A stretch of 32,000 nucleotides of DNA, taken from the NCBI GenBank assembly GCA_026016245.1, contig CP061211.1, positions 210,001 through 242,000 of the forward strand. Reading direction: 5' to 3'. The stretch comes from Candidatus Pacearchaeota archaeon (GTDB lineage Archaea; Nanobdellota; Nanobdellia; Pacearchaeales; UBA284). Under the pieces are notes generated by a model. It worked only from the letters and a program-made list of their open reading frames with translations, was not told the origin of the DNA and did no database searches. Made by a program: the position numbers and the translations under genes. Shown here in pieces: positions 19,003 to 27,157 of the stretch (position 1 is the first letter of the stretch; each line of letters begins with the position of its first letter).

Positions 19003-21614
19003 AAATATACAAAGGTTTATTTTTAGTTTGTATTTTAATCATTCTAATTTCTCTTGCTTATGCTTTACAATGGCAAACTTCAACTCAGTCAGATTTCGAT
19101 GAAGGGATTTATGAAGACACCTATTATAACACGAGTTTAGGAGCAGTTGTTTTAAATTCAACAACTAATGGGGGATATATGAGTAAGGTTTTTGATGCTG
19201 GCTCTGATTCAAGATGGGGTAACATAAGGTGGGTAGAAGGATTATCTTATGGAGAAGAACTACAAAACATGACTGAGAATGAATTATTATTTCATCTTAA
19301 CAATGAATCTGCTTTTGGAGAGAATGACACGAATGTTTTTGATTTTAGTTATAATGATAATAATGGAACATGGATGGGTAATGCTAAAGCAGAAGTGGAT
19401 GGAAAATTTGGAAAAGCGGGAAATTTTTCTGGAACCAATGACGATTATCTGAAAGTTTCAGATAGCAATAGTTTAGATATTGAAGAAACACTAAGTATAG
19501 AATTCTGGGTTCATTTCAATGCCATAACAACATCTGATTCAATAATTTATAAAAATCAAGCATACAGAGTTAGGCTACCAGGTTCAAACCCTGACAGGAT
19601 TCAGGTCTCATTCCATAGAGGGGTATGGAAAGATGTAAATTCTGATGATGCTGCAATCACGCAAGGAAAATGGCATCATGTTGTATGCACTATCAATGTT
19701 TCTGAACCTGAGCAAGTTCATATTTATGTTGATGGAGTAGAGGTTGGATATAAGAGTGGAATTTTGGGAAGTGGAAACATTTCAATCTCTGATAAGGATT
19801 TACATATCGGATGCAATCATAATGAAGGAAATTGTTTAAATGGTTATTTAGATGAAATAGTAATATACAATAGAATTTTATCATCAGAAGAAATTTTAGA
19901 ACACTATAAGATGGGAGCTCTAAAATTAAATCCAAAAGTAAGAAGCTGCGATGATTTAAATTGCAATGGAGAAAAGTTTATAGTGGTGGATGATAATTCT
20001 CCTCAAAACTTAACTGTTCTAGATAACCGATACTTCCAGTACAAATTTGACTTTGAAACTGATGAAACAGAGTACAGTCCAGAACTTTACAATGTGACAA
20101 TTGACTACACAATTCTGAACTCTGCTCCTGACACTCCTATCTTAAATTCTCCTCAGAATAACTCAAACATCTCTGTGAATTATACTTTGCTAAATACAAC
20201 AGTAACTGACCCTGATGGAAATAACATGACTGTTTGGTTTTTTGGAGACAGCGATTTAATTAATACAATTGAAAATGTTGTTAATAATTCCATTGTTATA
20301 TACAACTGGACAAATCTAGAAAATAATCTGCATAACTGGAGTATTATTGCCGGAAATGGAATTGCTAACACTTCCTCAGATACTTTATTTTTTACAATTG
20401 ACACAGCTGATAAAACACCGCCGACAATAACTGACATAACCCCCAATGATATAACAAATGGAGAAGCAACAATAACATGGATGACTAATGAGGTAAGTAA
20501 TTCAAGTGTAAACTATGGAGAGGCAGAGAATTTAGGTTCTGTAGAAGGAAGCATTTCTCTTGTGTTAAGTCACTCAGTTACTCTTACTAGTCTCGAAACT
20601 TTAACGTTGTATTATTATAATGTAACTTCTTGTGATGCTGTAGGAAATTGTAACACTACTGGCCTATTTAACTTTACAACAATAAATGCTCCTCCAAGAG
20701 GCGGAGATGGAGGCGGAGCTACTCCACCAGGTCCTATATGTGGTGATGGTATTTGTGATAGTGAGGCAGGAGAGAGTTGGAAAACTTGTCTTCAAGACTG
20801 CCCACCTCCAAAAGTAGAAGAAGAAATTGAATATACAATCTGTGATATTACTGTTTCTTTAAATCAAATATATATAGGAACATGCAGAGCATTAGAAGAA
20901 AACGAAAGAATCTATTTTGTGTATAAAGAAACAGAGCATTACATTATTGTTGACAGTATAAGTGCAGATAATGTTTATATAAGCATATATAGTCTGCCTC
21001 AGTATGCTACATTGCTAGTGGATGAAACTAAAGAATTTAACTTGGATGATGATGGAATAACAGACATAAGAGTTAATCTTGATGAACTTAATTATGAAAA
21101 GCAAGAAGTTTCAATAACTGTTGAAATTATACAAAGATGTGATTGTCCTGAATGTAGTCTTTGGTCTGAGTGCAAGGAAGGAAAACAAATAAGAACTTGT
21201 TATAAATGTAATGAGGAGACAAATTTTGTTCGTGTAGCTTATGAAGAAAACAGAGATTGTAAAAAGTCAGTCTTTCTGATTGGCGCAGTAATATTACAAA
21301 ACTTACACATTGATGAATATAATTGGTGGATGGTCTTAAGAAACGCCTTAGTAATTTTAGTAGCTATATTATTTGTTTTTAAGACATGGCCAAAAAAAGA
21401 GTCAGAATCATCAGTAAAGATTAAAAAAACAAGGGAAGAGGAGGAAGAAGAAATTTTCAAGGCAGCTAGGAAGGCAATAAAAGATATGAAAAAGATTGAA
21501 CCTGCTATTCCTCTTAATGCAGAAGATGAAAAAGTCATTACAGAAGTAAGAAAAAATGAAAGAAAATCAAGAGATGACTTATTAAAAGAACTAAGAAAAG
21601 CATATGAACAATAA
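18999..21614 (+). CDS. Large surface protein: signal/anchor, LamG (concanavalin-like lectin) domain, FN3-like domain, one CGDGxC...CxxDC module, C-terminal TM helix and a charged tail
   Basis: LamG signatures are LSIEFWV, WHHVVCT, IYVDG, LHIGC and GYLDEIVIYNRILSSEEI. The FN3-like segment is PPTITDITPNDITNGEATITWMTNEVSNSSVNYG...YYYNVTSCD. The module is CGDGICDSEAGESWKTCLQDC (20739-20801). The TM helix is LVILVAILFVF. The sequence is dense in N-x-S/T. The ATG at 18999 is preferred over the GTG at 18981. Confidence 0.8.
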   Translation: MKIYKGLFLVCILIILISLAYALQWQTSTQSDFDEGIYEDTYYNTSLGAVVLNSTTNGGYMSKVFDAGSDSRWGNIRWVEGLSYGEELQNMTENELLFHLNNESAFGENDTNVFDFSYNDNNGTWMGNAKAEVDGKFGKAGNFSGTNDDYLKVSDSNSLDIEETLSIEFWVHFNAITTSDSIIYKNQAYRVRLPGSNPDRIQVSFHRGVWKDVNSDDAAITQGKWHHVVCTINVSEPEQVHIYVDGVEVGYKSGILGSGNISISDKDLHIGCNHNEGNCLNGYLDEIVIYNRILSSEEILEHYKMGALKLNPKVRSCDDLNCNGEKFIVVDDNSPQNLTVLDNRYFQYKFDFETDETEYSPELYNVTIDYTILNSAPDTPILNSPQNNSNISVNYTLLNTTVTDPDGNNMTVWFFGDSDLINTIENVVNNSIVIYNWTNLENNLHNWSIIAGNGIANTSSDTLFFTIDTADKTPPTITDITPNDITNGEATITWMTNEVSNSSVNYGEAENLGSVEGSISLVLSHSVTLTSLETLTLYYYNVTSCDAVGNCNTTGLFNFTTINAPPRGGDGGGATPPGPICGDGICDSEAGESWKTCLQDCPPPKVEEEIEYTICDITVSLNQIYIGTCRALEENERIYFVYKETEHYIIVDSISADNVYISIYSLPQYATLLVDETKEFNLDDDGITDIRVNLDELNYEKQEVSITVEIIQRCDCPECSLWSECKEGKQIRTCYKCNEETNFVRVAYEENRDCKKSVFLIGAVILQNLHIDEYNWWMVLRNALVILVAILFVFKTWPKKESESSVKIKKTREEEEEEIFKAARKAIKDMKKIEPAIPLNAEDEKVITEVRKNERKSRDDLLKELRKAYEQ

Positions 21615-21677
21615 TAACGATAAATTTAAATATTTAAATTAAATTTAGAATAATAAGAAACAAGAAAAAGAGATAAA

Positions 21678-22499
21678 ATGGGTGAATCAATAGGGATTTT
21701 ATCAATAAAAGGTGGTGTTGGCAAAACAACAACAACAGTTTCTTTAGGAGCTGCGATTGCTCAACAAGGTAAGAATGTCTTGCTTATAGATGGAAATTTT
21801 TCTGCTCCAAATCTAGGATTACATTTAGGTATAGTACAGCCAGAAGTTTCTTTGTATGATGTTCTAAAAGGAAAAGCAAATGCTCTTGGCGCTATTCAGG
21901 AAACTGATTATGGATTTGATATTATTGGCGGCAGATTAAATATGAAAAAAATATTTTATCCAGACTACTTGAAACTAAAGCAGAAAATTCAACATCTCAA
22001 ATATCATTATGATGTTATATTAATAGATAGTTCTCCTACATTGGACCATGAAACTCTTGCAGCAATGATGGCTTCTGATAAACTTTTAATTGTAACAACC
22101 CCTGATCATGCTACACTAAGCTGTACTTTACACGCAGTTAAGGTGGCTAAGAAAAAGAAAGTTCCAATAGCAGGAATAATTCTGAACAGGGTTTATGGTA
22201 AAAAATTTGAACTTAGTCTTGAACAGATAGAAAAGATGACAGGAGTTCCAGTTTTAGCAGTCATCCCACATGATGTAAATATTCTTGAAGCTTTGTCAGA
22301 ATTAAAGCCTAGCACATTTGAGAGTAAAGAGACAGATGCTGTTGTGGAATATAAGAAACTAGCTGCTTTCTTAATCGGAGAAAGTTACGAAGATAAGAGA
22401 TTCAGCACAAAACTTAAAAATTTGTTCTCAAGTAAAGTGCCAAAACAAGAAGTAAACAGACAAGTAGAACATAAAAAACATAGAATTAAGCATAAGTAA
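21678..22499 (+). CDS. MinD/ParA-family P-loop ATPase
   Basis: Deviant Walker A LSIKGGVGKTTTT, then LLIDGN and ILIDSSPTL. Confidence 0.85.
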   Translation: MGESIGILSIKGGVGKTTTTVSLGAAIAQQGKNVLLIDGNFSAPNLGLHLGIVQPEVSLYDVLKGKANALGAIQETDYGFDIIGGRLNMKKIFYPDYLKLKQKIQHLKYHYDVILIDSSPTLDHETLAAMMASDKLLIVTTPDHATLSCTLHAVKVAKKKKVPIAGIILNRVYGKKFELSLEQIEKMTGVPVLAVIPHDVNILEALSELKPSTFESKETDAVVEYKKLAAFLIGESYEDKRFSTKLKNLFSSKVPKQEVNRQVEHKKHRIKHK

Positions 22500-22883
22500 C
22501 TATAAAAAACCAGCTGACTTGAGATGCTTATCTAATTCTTTTTGTGAGATAAAATCTGGAAAGATCAAATATTCATAGATTGCATCTTCTATTTCCTCTA
22601 TGTTTGGATTATTAGGATCTATTTCTTGTAAAACACCATAAGCAGTAGTTATATTGTCTATAGCCATACTTAATTTAGAATTATATTGGAGTTCTATTTT
22701 TATAATTCTAAAATTCTTCACTCTTTCTCCATATTTTTTCTTAATTTCCTCTTGTTTTTTTCTTATGTAATTAGAATCTATATAATCAAAAGAGATAGTA
22801 GAAAGAGCTTCATCTAAGTCATCTGATAATTCCTGTAAAAAATTAAGATCATCAGATGCTAAAACTTCCAACACATTTGCCAT
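22500..22883 (-). CDS. Hypothetical acidic protein
   Basis: 127-aa ORF. It abuts the convergent MinD-like gene with a zero-nt spacer. No motif recognised. Confidence 0.45.
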   Translation of the reverse strand: MANVLEVLASDDLNFLQELSDDLDEALSTISFDYIDSNYIRKKQEEIKKKYGERVKNFRIIKIELQYNSKLSMAIDNITTAYGVLQEIDPNNPNIEEIEDAIYEYLIFPDFISQKELDKHLKSAGFL

Positions 22884-22934
22884 ACATTTTACTGGACAGT
22901 GAAATTTATAAGAATTATTATACTAAAAAATACA

Positions 22935-23052
22935 AGCCGCGGATGGGAGTTGAACCCACAACCCCCGCTTGTCACGAATCAAAGATTCCTGAGCAAATTC
23001 AGGAAACCTAAATTTTACGAAAGCGGTGCTCTACCAGTTGAGCTACCGCGGC
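22935..23052 (-). tRNA. tRNA-Thr(CGU) with an intron of about 45 nt at or near the canonical 37/38 position
   Basis: Reverse complement: GCCGCGG TA GCTC AACTGGTA GAGC A CCGCT TTCGTA[intron]A AGCGG GGGTT GTGGG TTCAACT CCCAT CCGCGGC T. The acceptor, D, anticodon and T stems all pair. The intron contains the hairpin TTCCTGA-ATTTGC-TCAGGAA. Confidence 0.8.
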
Positions 23053-23078
23053 ACAAAGAATAGAGGTAGAAGTAGTTT

Positions 23079-23849
23079 TTATTTTTTCTCTTTCGTTCTT
23101 CTCATCATCCTAAGTTTTTTTGCAATCAATTCTTTAATTTTTTCTTTATCTTCCTTTACTTTCTTTTTTTTCTCTGTTTCTTCCCCAAACTCATAAAAAT
23201 CATTAGAATTCAGTTTCTTTTTAATTCCCTTCTTTTGGAGATAGAGTTTTGTTATTATGTAAAAAATAAGACCAATACTTTTCGGTGCCTTATTATTGCA
23301 GGGAACTACAAGATCTATATTATCTATAATATTATTAGTGTCACATAAAGCAACAATTGGGATATGTACTTTAACAGCATCCCTAATAATATTCTTGTCC
23401 AGCCAAGGATCTATGACAAAAACAACATTTGGTTCGTAAAAGTTTTCAAGATCAGGATTTGTAATCATGCCAGGAGGATATTTTTCAAAGATTTTTGTGC
23501 CAGTAGCTTTGCCAAATGCCCTTAAAGCTTTATGGCCAGCATCTCTCTTGCAACATACAAGAGTTTTCTCAGGTTCAAATTGTGCAAGAAAATTAGCAGC
23601 TAGAGCAATCTTCTCATCAATCTTTCTTGTGTTCAGAACAGCGATTCCATCTGCCTTCCTACGATAAACATACTCGCGCATGCCTGGTGTGACAGCCCTG
23701 GTTCCAAGATGAACAGCTGCTTTAATATAATCTTCAAGAGGAACTAACATCTCTTCTTTTTCTTTTGTTTCTTTCTTTTTCTCTTTTTCCTTGTCTTCTA
23801 CTTTTTCTTTCTTTTCCTCTATTTTCTCTTCTTTCTTTTTCCTTGGCAT
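23079..23849 (-). CDS. rps2: 30S ribosomal protein uS2 with Lys/Glu-rich N- and C-terminal extensions
   Basis: LVPLEDYIKAAVHLGTRAVTPGMREYVYRRKADGIAVLNTRKIDEKI and VFVIDPWLDKNIIRDAVKVHIPIVALCDTNN. Confidence 0.9.
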   Translation of the reverse strand: MPRKKKEEKIEEKKEKVEDKEKEKKKETKEKEEMLVPLEDYIKAAVHLGTRAVTPGMREYVYRRKADGIAVLNTRKIDEKIALAANFLAQFEPEKTLVCCKRDAGHKALRAFGKATGTKIFEKYPPGMITNPDLENFYEPNVVFVIDPWLDKNIIRDAVKVHIPIVALCDTNNIIDNIDLVVPCNNKAPKSIGLIFYIITKLYLQKKGIKKKLNSNDFYEFGEETEKKKKVKEDKEKIKELIAKKLRMMRRTKEKK

Positions 23850-23889
23850 TTTATTCTAAGCTAAAATGAATTTAAAAATCTTGTGAAGA

Positions 23890-23901
23890 ACGCCGGGACT
23901 G
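23890..23901 (-). repeat. 12-nt copy of the tRNA-Ser 3' end (ACGCCGGGACTG on the + strand), either att-like or a tRNA remnant
   Basis: Identical to 26784-26795, which covers the last 3 nt of the T-stem, the 3' acceptor strand, the discriminator and 1 flanking nt of the tRNA-Ser gene. It is followed by a short hairpin CTGAG-CC-CTCAG instead of a T-arm. Confidence 0.5.
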
Positions 23902-24014
23902 AGCCCTCAGCCAGAGTTTCAACGCAGACAGGAATTTATATATTTTGTGTTTTATTTTGTATATTTATTCTCTTTTTAAACATACTTCTTCAGCTTCTTC
24001 AATCCAGGAATACA

Positions 24015-24776
24015 TCATTCCCCTAAAATATTCAAAATGGGTTGGGAAATTAAGCCCCGAGTTATGAGATCTCCTTCTCTAAATATTCTTTTTGCTTCTT
24101 TTAATTCTTGTTGAATATAACTTTTTTCTAATATAGGCTCTCCAGTTACTTTATAATAATCATCAATTACCTCAATTCCCTTAACTCTGTTTACATATGT
24201 TTTAGGAACATACAAAAATCCTTGTTTTACATCATCCTGGAAATCAGTCATATCATCACCCATTTTTGCACCCAAAGTATATTTCCTACTTATCTTTTCT
24301 AAGATATCAAAATCTAGTTTTGGAAATAAAAGGACTGTCTCTATTGTGAATATTGGATGTTCTCCTTTTCTTAATCTCTTAATTTTATTTGCATCTATTA
24401 CTTGATACCTTCTTTTAGCATTATTTATTGAATTTTGAAAATGTTCTCTCAAAAGATTATAAATTCTAACTATTCTTTCTTCTGAAGGTAATTTATCTAC
24501 TGTATCCAGAAAATTATATAATCTTTTTTTATGCTCAAAATTTACTTTTTTACCTTTCAAGACTTCTAAAATATCCTCAAGAATAGAATCAGGAAGTTTT
24601 TGACTATCAACATTTCTATCAAAAAAGATAATTACATTATTTAGACCCATGAAGATGGTTCTCTCTGGTTCTGATAAAGTCCTTACTATCTTTTCTATAA
24701 GGCCCTTTCTCTTAGATTGCATGTATGATGTATCTTCAAAGTTTTTTGGAACCTTTCTTTCTGAGTAATGTATCAT
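24015..24776 (-). CDS. Hypothetical protein with weak squalene/phytoene-synthase-like Asp-rich motifs
   Basis: FFDRNVD fits DxxxD. GAKMGDDMTDFQDDVKQGFLYVP resembles G-x3-Q-x2-N-x2-RD-x3-D-x3-GR-x-Y-x-P. An alternative start at 24722 would remove the 41-nt overlap with the transporter gene. Confidence 0.45.
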   Translation of the reverse strand: MIHYSERKVPKNFEDTSYMQSKRKGLIEKIVRTLSEPERTIFMGLNNVIIFFDRNVDSQKLPDSILEDILEVLKGKKVNFEHKKRLYNFLDTVDKLPSEERIVRIYNLLREHFQNSINNAKRRYQVIDANKIKRLRKGEHPIFTIETVLLFPKLDFDILEKISRKYTLGAKMGDDMTDFQDDVKQGFLYVPKTYVNRVKGIEVIDDYYKVTGEPILEKSYIQQELKEAKRIFREGDLITRGLISQPILNILGE

Positions 24777-26073
24777 AAATTCCTCCTACTAAATATCCGA
24801 TGAGTGTTAAAACTATCGCTTTTATTATTAAAAATTGATCTATCCCAAAAAAAGCAAAGATTGTTGTTCCAACTAATCCCAAAATCAATCCAAATTTTAA
24901 CCCTTTTTTATTACCTTTAATAAAAGAAAAACAAATCACACTAGCGATTATAGAAGCATAAGCGGCAACAAAAAACATAGATTCAGTTAAAGTTTTTAAA
25001 AATAATGAAAGCACCAGAGTAACTGTGGAAAGTAATAATATTATTATTCTCATTTTCTTTACAGAAAATAGTTTCCTTGGTAAAAAATCCCTAGATAAAA
25101 TAGCCGCATTAGTAAACAGATAAGTATCTGCTGAGGACATAATAGCAGCAAATAAAGCTATTATGCCAATTCCAAAAATTCCACTTGGAAGCATCTGGAT
25201 ACCTCTTAAAAGGATTACCTCTTGGTCAGTATACAAAGGAAGAACAGCTCTTAATTGAATCCCAATTAACATTATTATCCCAGCAATAAGAATAAAAAGA
25301 AATGCTGCCAAATAAAAACTTTTTTTTAAGGTTTTAATATCCTTAGCCGCATAAACTCTCTGCCAAAGTTCTGTAGAACCTAGGGGAGTAACTATCCCTA
25401 TTAATAAAAAACCTATAATCATACCTATATTAAGACTCTGAAATTCATAGTTTGCCAATGCCGGAAGATTTGAAAAAAAGAATATAGCAAGAATAGGAAA
25501 TATGATAAGCATACAGATTATTTGAACAAGATCTGTATCTACAACAGATTTGAAGCCACCAAGAGAGATATAAATAGTTACAGGCACTAATAAAATAATT
25601 ATTCCTAAGAAATAGGGGATCCCCAATACATCTTGAGCTACTTTCGCCCCACCAATAGTTTGCATAAGAAAAAGAGCAATCATTATAATTAAAGAACAAA
25701 TTGCTGCAAGATATCCTATACTTTTTCCATAATTGGATTTAAAATAATCAGCAAGAGTATAAAACTTTTCTTTATCTGCCTGTTTTTTAAGTTTAATAGC
25801 AAATAATAAAAATACTAAAACTCCGACTACAGCTCCAACAATAAAAAATAGTGATTGAAAGCCATAAATAAAAGCAAAGGCAGTCATAACTAAAACTATA
25901 CCACTTCCAAATTTACTTGAAGTTATTGAAGAAGAGTTTAAGAAAAAATTAAGTTTTCTTCCTGCAATCAAGAATGCTTCTTTTGTTTCTTTAAAATAAG
26001 CTCTGATGCCTACTATAAAAACTAAAATAAAATAGGCTATAATAAAAATAATATCTAGTGCTTCAAAAGCCAT
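24736..26073 (-). CDS. Sodium:solute symporter (SSS) family transporter
   Basis: 445 aa with about 12-13 hydrophobic helices. The N-terminal FLIAGRKLNFFLNSSSITSSKFGSG is typical of the SSF family. Confidence 0.8.
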   Translation of the reverse strand: MAFEALDIIFIIAYFILVFIVGIRAYFKETKEAFLIAGRKLNFFLNSSSITSSKFGSGIVLVMTAFAFIYGFQSLFFIVGAVVGVLVFLLFAIKLKKQADKEKFYTLADYFKSNYGKSIGYLAAICSLIIMIALFLMQTIGGAKVAQDVLGIPYFLGIIILLVPVTIYISLGGFKSVVDTDLVQIICMLIIFPILAIFFFSNLPALANYEFQSLNIGMIIGFLLIGIVTPLGSTELWQRVYAAKDIKTLKKSFYLAAFLFILIAGIIMLIGIQLRAVLPLYTDQEVILLRGIQMLPSGIFGIGIIALFAAIMSSADTYLFTNAAILSRDFLPRKLFSVKKMRIIILLLSTVTLVLSLFLKTLTESMFFVAAYASIIASVICFSFIKGNKKGLKFGLILGLVGTTIFAFFGIDQFLIIKAIVLTLIGYLVGGIYDTLLRKKGSKKL

Positions 26074-26209
26074 AAATAAAGTAAATTTAAGAGATATTTA
26101 ATTTTTGCTATTTTTCACCCAATTCTTTATAAAACCACAAAAATATCGACAAGGGTTCTTTGTTTTTTTCTATAGAAAGGATTAAAAATTGAAAGTCTTT
26201 TAAAAAGAT

Positions 26210-26464
26210 ATGTTTGAATTAATTTTTGATAAAAAAGCAGGTCAAGAACTTAAAAAACTTCCTAAAGAAATGAGAGAAAGAATATTCAAAAAGCTCATCC
26301 AGACAAAACAAGATCCATTTAGATATTTTGAATATCTAAAAGAAATAAAAGGATTTAAATTAAGAATAGGGAATTATAGAGTCATAGCAGACATTAATAG
26401 AAAAGAACAAAATATTAAAATTCTTAAAATAGGACATAGAAAGAATATTTATGAAAGATTATAG
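26210..26464 (+). CDS. RelE/ParE-family type II toxin
   Basis: FDKKAGQELKKLPKEMRERIFKKL...PF...LKEIKGFKLRIGNYRVIADINRKEQNIKILKIGHRKNIYE. Confidence 0.8.
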   Translation: MFELIFDKKAGQELKKLPKEMRERIFKKLIQTKQDPFRYFEYLKEIKGFKLRIGNYRVIADINRKEQNIKILKIGHRKNIYERL

Positions 26465-26701
26465 ATTTAATCTTTTTCTCATTTCAGTTTCTGTATAAAA
26501 TTCACCTTTTTTTATTCTTGCTCTTGCTGCTTCTATTTCTTCTATTGTTTTTTTACTTAATTTAGGATTCTGTTTTATCATTTTAGCAATGAACACCAGT
26601 TTCTTTACAACTTCATTATAGCTTTCTCCTTTAACTTCCCTAAAACTATCTAATTCTTTCTTTGTTCCTTCATCTAATTTTATAGTTGTTTGATGTTGCA
26701 T
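26459..26701 (-). CDS. Ribbon-helix-helix-like antitoxin candidate
   Basis: N-terminal TIKLDEGTKKELDSFR..GESYNEVVKKL has a beta-strand plus two-helix pattern. The C-terminal IEEIEAARARIKKGEFYTETEMRKRL resembles the C-terminal segment of the AbrB antitoxin at 2099-2395 (LIEAWKDFENGKFEVCSPAELFKR). Confidence 0.6.
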   Translation of the reverse strand: MQHQTTIKLDEGTKKELDSFREVKGESYNEVVKKLVFIAKMIKQNPKLSKKTIEEIEAARARIKKGEFYTETEMRKRLNL

Positions 26702-26706
26702 ACTAT

Positions 26707-26722
26707 GGTATACTTAAGTATA
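26707..26722 (-). promoter_or_regulatory. Perfect 16-bp palindrome GTATACTTAAGTATAC between a TATA-like box and the antitoxin ATG (candidate operator)
   Basis: The - strand reads tttataaa-GTATACTTAAGTATAC-catagt-ATG. Confidence 0.45.
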
Positions 26723-26784
26723 CTTTATAAATCTTTCTGTTCTTTATAGTTAGTTAGAAAGATGGCTCTGAAATTTTAGTTATA

Positions 26785-26866
26785 CGCCGGGACTGGGATT
26801 CGAACCCAGAAATCCTTGCGGAAACAAGGTTAGCAACCTTGCGCCTTACCATTGGGCCATCCCGGC
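26785..26866 (-). tRNA. tRNA-Ser(GCU), class II with a long variable arm
   Basis: Reverse complement: GCCGGGA TG GCC CAATGGTAA GGC G CAAGG TTGCTAA CCTTG TTTCCGCAAGGATTT CTGGG TTCGAAT CCCAG TCCCGGC G. A TATA-like tttaaaaatt lies about 25 nt upstream. Confidence 0.9.
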
Positions 26867-26899
26867 ATATAATAAAGAAGAAATCAGAATTTTTAAACC

Positions 26900-27139
26900 T
26901 TATTTTCTCTTCTTTTTCTCAATCAATTTCTTTGCTCTTTCTAACATGTCCTTTTTCAAACCAATAAAACAACCACCTTCCTTACCAGCACAATAAGTTG
27001 CTTCCCCTGGTTTGATTATCTTTGCTATTTCTGGACTTTCTATATCAATATGTGTTATTCTTGCTCTTGCCTTGCCTTTTTCATGAATGTATACTTTTAC
27101 TTTTTTCAGAGTGTATTTACCTTCTGCTGGACCTGTCAT
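26900..27139 (-). CDS. Hypothetical small basic protein
   Basis: 79-aa ORF divergent from rtcA. It bears only a loose resemblance to SUI1/aIF1 (KVKVYIHEKGKA..ITHIDI...CAGKEGG.FIGLKKDMLERAKKLI), which is not enough to call. Confidence 0.45.
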   Translation of the reverse strand: MTGPAEGKYTLKKVKVYIHEKGKARARITHIDIESPEIAKIIKPGEATYCAGKEGGCFIGLKKDMLERAKKLIEKKKRK

Positions 27140-27157
27140 AAAATTTTAAAGCATACA

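Noticed and set aside
21623-21640. Perfect 18-bp palindrome AATTTAAATATTTAAATT between the LamG protein and MinD-like genes
   Set aside because: It is composed only of A/T in an AT-rich spacer. It probably just represents overlapping TATA/terminator sequence and has low information content.
23880-23940. The tRNA-like fragment as a 3' half of a split (trans-spliced) tRNA
   Set aside because: Only the last 12 nt match a tRNA. The would-be T-arm is a 5-bp stem with a 2-nt loop and no GTTCRA motif. No anticodon-stem half or complementary leader is visible.
25445-25699. 84-aa ORF nested in the symporter gene on the same strand but in another frame
   Set aside because: It lies entirely inside a well-supported multi-TM transporter ORF. 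Its Cys/Tyr/Trp-rich translation has no recognisable features.
27050-27157. Long N-terminal extension of the rtcA ORF (MCYSCSCLAFFMNVYFYFF...)
   Set aside because: It overlaps the divergent 79-aa gene on the opposite strand and has a non-protein-like composition. The conserved RtcA N-terminus (IEIDGSFGTGGGQIIR) begins just after Met 27158/27173.
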